DNA of 64,000 bases from Dehalococcoidia bacterium (GTDB taxonomy: Bacteria > Chloroflexota > Dehalococcoidia > UBA6926): the NCBI GenBank assembly GCA_965207895.1, contig CBDBNN010000003.1, forward strand, positions 1,027,755 to 1,091,754, in the 5' to 3' direction. Made by a program: the position numbers and the translations under genes. Of this stretch, positions 56,333-64,000 are shown piece after piece; the first letter of the stretch is position 1, and each line of letters begins with the position of its first letter. A model generated the notes under the pieces. That model saw only the letters and a list, made by a program, of their open reading frames with translations, ran no database searches and was not told the origin of the DNA.

Positions 56333-56467
56333 GAGGCAGATCATCCCCTGGTAGTAGGTGGGACAAAAACCAAACCCGCCGCCAAATCTCTCACAAGAGA
56401 CTAGGCGGCGGGATGTTGCGCTTGGTTACTAGACCCGCAGCACGCGGTAGCAATTGCCTTTCTTGTT

Positions 56468-57121
56468 CTAATAAATGTGCCGCTGTACAGAAGTGGCGAC
56501 GAACTGCTCAATGTCCATGATCGCCTGCGTGGTGGCCTGACCTACGAGGTCCAGCCTGCGCACCTGCTCGATGCGTTCGGCGGCGCTATTCAACTCGCGG
56601 CGTGACAACATGCCGCGCAGAATTCCACACGCGTCTGTCAGGCTCAACAAGACGATGTCACGCGGATCGGGGATCTCATCGCTAAAAAGGATACTCATCA
56701 GGCGCAGGCGCACTTCCCGCTCTTCCTTGCCGTCAACCATGGGATAACGGCGCGACTGAAATACCCAGAGAAAGCGATCATCCTTGCGTTCCAGAATGCC
56801 TCCATCGACTAGGCGATTTAGCGCTTCCTCACGGATTTCAGCTGCGCGGTTAGCAGTATGTTCAACCCAATAGCGCGCGTTCCGTTCTTCACCCGCAGCT
56901 ATGTCTGCCAACGTCGGGTCCAACAGCGAATCGTCAAGCGGCGAGGAATCTACCAGCACCAATCGCTCAAGGTCTGTGTCGATACGATTCTCCAGCGCAA
57001 GATCCATCAAGACGGCACCGGCCAGGGCATAGTCCATAGACCAGCTTGGCACGCGCGCGAATCGACCGTCATCGTCGTTCAAAAGGAGTAGAATGATCTC
57101 TTCAGCGAAACGTAGCGGCAT
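56468..57121 (-). CDS. GPP34/GOLPH3-like family protein
   Basis: N-terminal AEEIILLLLNDDDGRF and overall helical pattern resemble bacterial GPP34 homologs. Confidence 0.55.
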   Translation of the reverse strand: MPLRFAEEIILLLLNDDDGRFARVPSWSMDYALAGAVLMDLALENRIDTDLERLVLVDSSPLDDSLLDPTLADIAAGEERNARYWVEHTANRAAEIREEALNRLVDGGILERKDDRFLWVFQSRRYPMVDGKEEREVRLRLMSILFSDEIPDPRDIVLLSLTDACGILRGMLSRRELNSAAERIEQVRRLDLVGQATTQAIMDIEQFVATSVQRHIY

Positions 57122-57678
57122 GTCTTCCCCCTACTCTCAACGACGGCAGTACACACCGCTATCGTTGTTTTCTTCCCCATTTGGCCTATTATGGCTGTCC
57201 TCTGTGCGCTGCTTCTGACCTCATTGTAGCCCACGAGCCAACACAAATGCACCAAGAACCAGCAGTTGTTGAACACCATTGACATGCCAATCTGGCCTGG
57301 AGAGAGATTGGGTGAAAACAAGCCACGCCATATAGCGTGAAACCTGTAGAAAGAGTGATGCCCACAGACGTGTCGTCGCTGACCGGAGGGCCGCTGATAC
57401 TGAGGCTACACTCGAGGAATGGGTGACGATGGCATCGGTTACGTGCGGACCTTGCCGCCAAGGTGAGGGAACGAATCAACAGTGAGTGCCAGCAGAAGCA
57501 CCTTACCTCTTCGCAATATGTAGACGTTCATGGCATGTACGTGTTACACATGTGGTGGCATCGTGGCGCGGTTGCACTTCACCTAATACCTTGATAGTCG
57601 TCCTGCGGGGCCGAAGTGGGGAACGGGGGCCAATGTGGTTTAGATGCCACGTTGGGTTGGTAGGTTAGCGCGTCGCGA

Positions 57679-60600
57679 GTGGTTTCCGGGTTCAGGCAAT
57701 TCACGCGGGTTCTTGCTAATCCCGCAGCGGTCTCATCGTTGCTGGTCATGGCTGGAGTGCTCTCAAGCCTAGCTCTGTATATCGTTCTTGAAGAAACCGC
57801 TTTAGCGCAGTCGCTCACTGCACAGCAGTCTCTCGCTATCGAAGGTCCTACAGCTATTGAGTTTCCTGAGAACAGTGGTGAGGCCATCGCCACGTATCGA
57901 GTGACGAATGCTACGCCTGGCTCGATAATCTCCTGGTCAATTGATGGCGCTGATGCCAGAAGGCTGTCCATAGATGGTTCCGGCGTCTTGCGTTTCAAGG
58001 CGGCCAGGAACTTCGAGGAGCCGAATGATGGAAACCGTGACAACGAGTACGAGATTGATTTATCAGCAAGCGATGGATCAACTCAAGTCTCGGTTGAGGT
58101 GGCCGTCATGATTACGGATGTTAATGAGTCGCCGGCTTTTGAACTCGAAAGCGCGGAATTCTCAGTAGAGGAAAACGCATCCGCCAATCGACGTGTGGGT
58201 GGTGCACTCGCGGTTATAGACCCCGATGACGGCGACTTGATGACGTTCTCATTGGAAGGAGAAAATGCAGACCCGTTCCATATTGACGCCGAAGGGCAGA
58301 TTCGTGTGCGCCCGGGTGCCATCCTCGACTACGAGACCTCAGGCATTCTGAGTTTCACCGCTCGTGTAACAGATCAGGATGGCCTGAGTGTTTCATTGCC
58401 TGTTCAGATAGCCCTAACCGATGCAGACGATCCGGGGATCGTTACCTTCTTGTCTGCCCGGCCGTTTGTTGGAGTGCCGCTCACGGCGATGGTTTCCGAT
58501 CAGGATGGTGTTACTGGTCGAATCCGATGGAGATGGTATCGAGCCACGAACACTAACGATGAATTCGAGCGAATTGATGGAGCGACTGGGATCTCGTATA
58601 CGCCAATGGATGATGACGAGGGATACATCTTGCGCGTGACGGTTTCGTACGAGGACAACTTCGAAGTAGGGGCTTCAGCTTCGCAAATCAGCGAGAAAGT
58701 TGGCAGAAACGCTGCGCCTCAGTTTGAATCGGCGTCCATCACTCTGACGGTTCCGGAGGGCGCGCCTGCCGGAACGGATGTTGGCAAACCTGTTACAGCG
58801 ACGGACAGTGATGATCACGATCTTACCTACGCTCTTTCAGGAGAGGATGCGTCTTACTTTGAGGTCAACGTTTCAACCGGACAGATTAGAGTTGGCGCGC
58901 AGGCGCTGCCAGATTCAGAGACGAAGGCCAGCTACACAATGATTGTTACTGCGACGGATGAGGCGAGGGCGGCAGCGTCCGTCACGGTGATAATTACAGC
59001 AAGAGTTTCAAATACTCCGTCCGTCATCATCGGTCCGGCCACTGTCAGCTACGCAGAGAACGGCACGGCGTCTGTGGCAATGTACACGACCACTGACCTA
59101 GAGGGCGATGGAATTATTTGGGGCATTGAAGGAACTGACGCGGCGCGATTCACGATAAACGTTGCGGGCGAGCTGATATTCAATTCGCCGCCAGACTATG
59201 AGAAACCGCGTGATGCCAACATGGACAACGTGTACGAACTCACGGCGACGGCGTCGGACGGAAACCTCACCGCCGAACTGAATGTTGAAGTCGCTGTGAC
59301 GAACGTCAATGAGGCAGTCATCATCACCGGCTCCGCATCCGTCACTTACGCGGAGAACGATACTACAGCAGTCGTAGTGTATTCCGCTATCGACTCGGAT
59401 GGAGACAGAATCACGTGGGATGTTGTGGGAACGGACGCGGATTGGTTCTCGATCAGCCAAGTAGGAGAGCTAACATTCAACTCGCCGCCGGACTATGAAA
59501 AACCGCGAGACGCCAACAATGACAACGTCTATAAGGTGTCCGTGACGGCGTCGGACGGCAATCTTGAGTCTACGCTGAACGTGGAAGTTACCGTCACGGA
59601 TGTCGTTGAGGCTAGCGCCATCACCGGTCCTGCAACTGTCAGCTACGCGGAGAATGGCATGGCGTCTGTGGCAATGTACACGACCAGTGATCCGAATGGA
59701 GACAGAATCACGTGGGACATTGCCGGAGTGGACGCGCCGCGATTCTCGATCGAGCCAACGGGTGAGCTGACGTTCAAGTCGGCACCGGACTACGAGAAGC
59801 CGCGTGATGCCAACAAGGATAACGTCTATAAGGTGATGATTACCGCGTCGGATGGGAACGTCACGGCCAGATTGGATGTTGAAGTCAGCGTCAGCAACGT
59901 CAATGAGGCCGCCTTGATCGATGGTGCGACGTCTGTTAGCTATCCGGAGAACAGCATCGTATCAGTGGCAATCTACTCGGCCACGGATCCGGATGGAGAT
60001 GAAATCACGTGGGATGTTGCGGGAACGGACGCGTCGCGGTTCTCGATCAAAGCAACGGGAGGATTGACGTTCAAGTCCACGCCGGACTATGAAAATCCGA
60101 ATGATGCCAACAACGACAATGTGTACGAACTGACAGTGACGGCGTCTGACGGCAATCTTGAATCCACCCTGGACGTGGAAGTTAATGTCACGAACATCGA
60201 TGAGTCCACCGTCATCACCGGCCCCGCAACTGTCAGCTACGCGGAGAATGGCATGGCACCTGTGGCACTTTACACGACCACTGATCCGAATGGAGACGGA
60301 ATCACGTGGAACATTGCCGGAGTGGACGCACCGCGATTCTCGATCGAGCCAACGGGTGAGTTGACGTTCAAGTCGGCACCGGACTATGAGAAACCGCGAG
60401 ATGCCAACAAGGACAACGTGTACGAAGTGACGGTAACAGCGACGGACGGCAACCTTGAGTCTACGCTGGACATTGAAGTTACTGTCGCGAACGCCAACGA
60501 GCCTGTGACTATCACCGGCTCCGCGTCCGTCACGTATGCAGAGAACAACGCCACGGCTGTAGCCGTGTATTCCGCTACGGACCCGGATGGCGACGGAATC

Positions 60601-62760
60601 ATGTGGGGCGTGGCAGGTGCGGATGTGGCACGGTTTGAGGTCAGCGAGACGGGCGAGTTGTCATTCAATTCCACGCCGGACTACGAGAATCCGAACGATG
60701 CCAACAAAGACAACGTCTATGAGGTAACGATCGCAGCGTCGGACGGGACCCTCGCCACCGAACTGGATATTGAAGTTATCGTTACGAACGTTAATGAGGC
60801 CGCCATCATCACTGGTCCCGCCACTGTCACTTATGCGGAGAACGGCGTGGCGTCTGTGGCAACGTACACGGCGACGGACCCGGATGGAGAGGCCATCATA
60901 TGGGATGTTGCGGGCAGTGATGCGGCCCATTTCGCAATTGACAGTCAAGGCAGGCTGGCCTTTGTAAGCCCCCCCAACTTTGAAAATCCTCTCGATGCGG
61001 ATGCTGACAACACGTATTTGCTTCAGATTGTCGTGAATGACAGCGGCAACGAAAGCAGTCTGGATATGGTCGTCGAGGTCGCGGATGCCAATGACGCGCC
61101 ACGCTTCCCGACTGCCGGCATCGTTGCAGAGATTCCGGAGAATTCATGCCCGGGCACTGACATCGTAGACCGTGGTATTCGAGGTGATCTGGACATTGCA
61201 GCGGACGAGGATGGCGACCCCCTCACCTATGCGCTGTCCGGGTCAGATGCACGGCACTTCGTGATTCATCCGCCCACCGGCTATGTAACGCTCGGCCCTG
61301 GCGCACTTCTGGATTTCGAGACCTCGCAAGAACCATTCCTGCTGCGTGTGTCCGTTTCAGATGGACGTGACGATTTCGGGAATGCTGAGAGCGAATTCAG
61401 TGCGGACGATTACCTCGATCTCACGGTGGTAATCAGTGATGTCGATGAGCCACCGGTCTTTACTGAAACCCAACTCATTCTGGACGCTTGCGGCACCTCA
61501 GTGGGACATGAGCCTGACCAGCTACGGAGGGTGGTAACGTCCGGCGCTCGCGGTGGAAGTCGCGTGGGAGCGGCACTCTCAGTGAAAGACCCCGAGGGGG
61601 ATCCTGTCCATTTCAGGATTGTCAGCCAATCGGATCAGGGGGCCTTCATCGTCGATTCAAAGACTGGGCAGATTATGGTTGCGCCCGGTTTCTCGCCAAG
61701 AGACGCCCGGCGTGTCTATACACTCCGTGTCGCCGCAATGGATGGTGAGTTGGAGTCCCTCATTGAAGTCCGTATCGCCGTACTGAAAGCGCCAAAACCT
61801 GCGCCTGAACCTGATGTAGAGGATTCGTCTACACCCAACCAGGAATCTGCTGACGATGCTGAGGCGCCAACACCCGTGCAAAGCGATGAGATTTCGGGCG
61901 TTTCATCAGCCCGTGGCGAGAATGCCGCACACTCTGCCCCCACGCCTAACACTCTTAACCGGCCACCCGTGAATCTCAAACTAATTGAGCCCACATTTGT
62001 TCATGTGCAACACGCAGTACAGATACCGCTCTTTGGCAGTTCAGAAGCGCAGGACCAGAGTGGCCGTGCCCGGCTGACTGCCCTTCCTGGCGCGCTCGCA
62101 GTCCCATACCAGGTTCGACTGACGCAGGATGACGCTGCGTGCGGCAGTCTGACTCAGACTGCCGCATCTCTGAAATGTGTCTGTGTTTCTGTGGAGTTCT
62201 TTGATGTGGTAGGCGAACCCTTGGCAGATGGATTCCTCAATCGCCCGGCGTTGCTCGAGATTGTCCTGAGAACGCAGGACGAGACTGGGAACTCTGAAAG
62301 TGGAGATCAGCGTTTCGAAATCGGCCAGGACTCTGTTGAAATGAGGATGAGGCAAGATGATGAGCAGAAGTGGGGATATATGCACGCAAGCTTGAGAGAA
62401 CCGGCAGACGGCTCGGCAGTCCTGATGACACGGGTGAGATCGCCAGGGCAGTACATGGCGCTGGTGACTGAATCCGGAAGTGAAAGAGAGGCCCCTGCCA
62501 GCGCAGCACCCATGGATTTTGTGAAGACCGCGGTTGCCCGGCAGGCACAGAACACGGTCACGAATAACACCCAGGAGCGCACAGCATCGTTTGTTTACGA
62601 ATCCGTCGCTGTTCATCCTCAATCACAACCGACGCCAATCGTTTCTGCAGAACCTCAGGTATGGCGCATGGCACGTCTACTGATTGCGCTACTATTGGAC
62701 GTGACGGTTGCGCTTTCCGCCGGCATCTTTCTTCAACGCATTACTTTCCAGCGGCAATAG
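57679..62760 (+). CDS. Giant secreted adhesin with >10 tandem cadherin-like repeat domains and a C-terminal hydrophobic anchor
   Basis: Signal peptide ending in an AXA site. Repeated ~100-aa units carry ITGPATVSYAENG...FNSPPDYEKPRDANKDNVY...ASDGNL...V(T/S)NVNE, with DxNDxPxF linkers (DVNESPAF, DANDAPRF, DVDEPPVF). Confidence 0.8.
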   Translation: MVSGFRQFTRVLANPAAVSSLLVMAGVLSSLALYIVLEETALAQSLTAQQSLAIEGPTAIEFPENSGEAIATYRVTNATPGSIISWSIDGADARRLSIDGSGVLRFKAARNFEEPNDGNRDNEYEIDLSASDGSTQVSVEVAVMITDVNESPAFELESAEFSVEENASANRRVGGALAVIDPDDGDLMTFSLEGENADPFHIDAEGQIRVRPGAILDYETSGILSFTARVTDQDGLSVSLPVQIALTDADDPGIVTFLSARPFVGVPLTAMVSDQDGVTGRIRWRWYRATNTNDEFERIDGATGISYTPMDDDEGYILRVTVSYEDNFEVGASASQISEKVGRNAAPQFESASITLTVPEGAPAGTDVGKPVTATDSDDHDLTYALSGEDASYFEVNVSTGQIRVGAQALPDSETKASYTMIVTATDEARAAASVTVIITARVSNTPSVIIGPATVSYAENGTASVAMYTTTDLEGDGIIWGIEGTDAARFTINVAGELIFNSPPDYEKPRDANMDNVYELTATASDGNLTAELNVEVAVTNVNEAVIITGSASVTYAENDTTAVVVYSAIDSDGDRITWDVVGTDADWFSISQVGELTFNSPPDYEKPRDANNDNVYKVSVTASDGNLESTLNVEVTVTDVVEASAITGPATVSYAENGMASVAMYTTSDPNGDRITWDIAGVDAPRFSIEPTGELTFKSAPDYEKPRDANKDNVYKVMITASDGNVTARLDVEVSVSNVNEAALIDGATSVSYPENSIVSVAIYSATDPDGDEITWDVAGTDASRFSIKATGGLTFKSTPDYENPNDANNDNVYELTVTASDGNLESTLDVEVNVTNIDESTVITGPATVSYAENGMAPVALYTTTDPNGDGITWNIAGVDAPRFSIEPTGELTFKSAPDYEKPRDANKDNVYEVTVTATDGNLESTLDIEVTVANANEPVTITGSASVTYAENNATAVAVYSATDPDGDGIMWGVAGADVARFEVSETGELSFNSTPDYENPNDANKDNVYEVTIAASDGTLATELDIEVIVTNVNEAAIITGPATVTYAENGVASVATYTATDPDGEAIIWDVAGSDAAHFAIDSQGRLAFVSPPNFENPLDADADNTYLLQIVVNDSGNESSLDMVVEVADANDAPRFPTAGIVAEIPENSCPGTDIVDRGIRGDLDIAADEDGDPLTYALSGSDARHFVIHPPTGYVTLGPGALLDFETSQEPFLLRVSVSDGRDDFGNAESEFSADDYLDLTVVISDVDEPPVFTETQLILDACGTSVGHEPDQLRRVVTSGARGGSRVGAALSVKDPEGDPVHFRIVSQSDQGAFIVDSKTGQIMVAPGFSPRDARRVYTLRVAAMDGELESLIEVRIAVLKAPKPAPEPDVEDSSTPNQESADDAEAPTPVQSDEISGVSSARGENAAHSAPTPNTLNRPPVNLKLIEPTFVHVQHAVQIPLFGSSEAQDQSGRARLTALPGALAVPYQVRLTQDDAACGSLTQTAASLKCVCVSVEFFDVVGEPLADGFLNRPALLEIVLRTQDETGNSESGDQRFEIGQDSVEMRMRQDDEQKWGYMHASLREPADGSAVLMTRVRSPGQYMALVTESGSEREAPASAAPMDFVKTAVARQAQNTVTNNTQERTASFVYESVAVHPQSQPTPIVSAEPQVWRMARLLIALLLDVTVALSAGIFLQRITFQRQ

Positions 62761-62779
62761 ACGACCGCGGAGGTGCTGA

Positions 62780-63718
62780 TTGACTGGACGAAGTTCCTCC
62801 CATCCCGCCATTGAGGTTGTAGGCCTACGAAAATCGTACGGTAGTTTTGAGGCCGTCAAGGGTGTAGACCTGCATGTCGAAACCGGGGAAGTCTATGCGC
62901 TGCTCGGTCCAAACGGGGCGGGAAAGACGACGACGGTCGAGATTCTCGAAGGACACAGGGATCGAAGCGCGGGGACAGTTTCTGTTCTGGGGCATGATCC
63001 TGCACGTGCAGAAAGAGAATTCCGGGAACGCGTCGGCATCGTCCTGCAGACGACAAGCGTTGATCAATACCTGTCCGTCGGCGAAACGGTAAATCTCTTT
63101 CGCGGTTACTACCCCGATCCACTGCCACTTGACGTCGTCCTTGAAGCGACCGGCCTGACGGAACAGGCCCGAGTTCGCGTGGGAAAGCTCTCTGGTGGTC
63201 AACAGAGACGGCTTGACGTTGCCGTCGGGCTGGCCGGAAACCCTGAGTTGCTCTTTCTCGATGAGCCGACGACCGGCTTCGATCCGTCGGCTCGCCGTGG
63301 CGCGTGGGACATGGTGAAGAACCTTCAGGAACTCGGCAAGACAATCCTGCTGACGACGCACTACATGGAGGAAGCTGAATACTTGGCGGACCGGGTAGGG
63401 ATCATGGTTGAAGGTCGCGTCGTTGTAGAAGGCTCGCCGCAAGAAATTGCAGGAGCGAACAGTTCCACCCTGATTCGATTTCGGCTGACCGAAAATGTCT
63501 CAGCTCTACCAGATGATCTTGGCGCTCAGGCGGCCAACGGGGTAGGAGTCTATGAAATCCGCACGGCAACGCCAACGACTAGCCTGCATCAACTGACTTC
63601 GTGGGCGACCGAGCAGGGCATCGAGCTAGAGGAGCTGACTGTTTCCAGACCGTCGTTGGAGGATACATTCCTCGATGTGACGCGAGGACACGCGGACGAC
63701 GGAGGGAATGGGAAATGA
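62780..63718 (+). CDS. ABC transporter ATP-binding protein (ABC-2/DrrA-like)
   Basis: Walker A GPNGAGKTT, LSGGQ signature, Walker B LFLDEPT. Confidence 0.9.
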   Translation: MTGRSSSHPAIEVVGLRKSYGSFEAVKGVDLHVETGEVYALLGPNGAGKTTTVEILEGHRDRSAGTVSVLGHDPARAEREFRERVGIVLQTTSVDQYLSVGETVNLFRGYYPDPLPLDVVLEATGLTEQARVRVGKLSGGQQRRLDVAVGLAGNPELLFLDEPTTGFDPSARRGAWDMVKNLQELGKTILLTTHYMEEAEYLADRVGIMVEGRVVVEGSPQEIAGANSSTLIRFRLTENVSALPDDLGAQAANGVGVYEIRTATPTTSLHQLTSWATEQGIELEELTVSRPSLEDTFLDVTRGHADDGGNGK

Positions 63719-64000
63719 GAACCATCGCCCTCGCCCTGAGGCAGGCACGCTACCAAAACACGGCCTTCTGGAGAAACCCCGCCGCGGCCTTTTTCACCAT
63801 TGTGTTCCCGCTCATGTTCCTGGTTATTTTCAATCTGCTTTTCGGCAGCAACGAAGTCCAGTTCGATGGCGGCACGGCAAGTTTATCGACGTTCTATGTT
63901 CCGGGCATCGTGGTCTTCGCGCTCGTGGGCGCCTGCTACAACAACATCGCCATGACTCTTGCCTTCAGCCGTGACAACGGCCTGTTAAAGCGGATTCGCG
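63715..64000 (+). CDS. ABC-2 family transporter permease (partial, 5' end)
   Basis: GGAGGGAATGGGAA RBS and ATG overlapping the ATPase stop. Hydrophobic N-terminus FFTIVFPLMFLVIF. Confidence 0.75.
   Translation, partial: MRTIALALRQARYQNTAFWRNPAAAFFTIVFPLMFLVIFNLLFGSNEVQFDGGTASLSTFYVPGIVVFALVGACYNNIAMTLAFSRDNGLLKRIR

Noticed and set aside
57122-57678. Regulatory RNA or small gene in the 550-nt leader of the adhesin gene
   Set aside because: Only short out-of-frame ORFs and no recognisable riboswitch or conserved motif. Noted only as a long leader.

Overview
High-GC (~60-65%) bacterial chromosomal segment with a dense, mostly housekeeping gene set. From start to end it contains:
(1) a partial gene translationally coupled to an XRE-type HTH gene, a TA-like pair;
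(2) a MoaD-MoaE fusion gene;
(3) a complete caa3-type cytochrome c oxidase operon: ctaC with a fused cytochrome c domain, ctaD, ctaE, ctaF, a small membrane protein, ctaG, and a fused heme A synthase/heme O synthase gene (ctaA-ctaB);
(4) on the opposite strand, a System-I cytochrome c maturation operon ccmE-F-H-X-Y-A-B-C-D with no ccmG in the window, including a ccmD ORF missing from the supplied track;
(5) rpsP-khpA-rimM, then yebC-ruvC, an acyl-CoA dehydrogenase, two tandem small paralogs, ruvA, a membrane protein, a PIN-domain gene and uvrB;
(6) a lipoprotein gene, mrp/apbC, ftsK, galU, nhaA, a NUDIX hydrolase gene and a permease gene;
(7) an operon encoding an FAD oxidoreductase, a tyrosine phosphatase and a DUF899 protein, then an alpha/beta hydrolase gene;
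(8) a ~3 kb low-GC island abutting the 3' end of a tRNA-Met(CAT) gene, carrying a NERD-like nuclease/SF1 helicase fusion (Nhi/DUF2075-like) translationally coupled to a 233-aa orphan protein. This is the best candidate for a novel defence module in the window;
(9) an MFS transporter gene, ispE-ksgA, and a nucleoside 2-deoxyribosyltransferase gene flanked by repeats;
(10) an orphan beta-class DNA methyltransferase with a fused C-terminal Mrr-cat nuclease-like domain;
(11) NAD-formate dehydrogenase, and a cobalamin riboswitch controlling a btuC/F/D-like ABC importer;
(12) a PT-linker lipoprotein gene, a GPP34-like protein gene, a 1693-aa cadherin-repeat adhesin gene and the ATPase and permease genes of an ABC-2 exporter.
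A pervasive composite intergenic repeat family of at least four sequence modules occupies more than ten intergenic sites. Most short ORFs of the track inside these repeats, or antisense to genes, are judged spurious.
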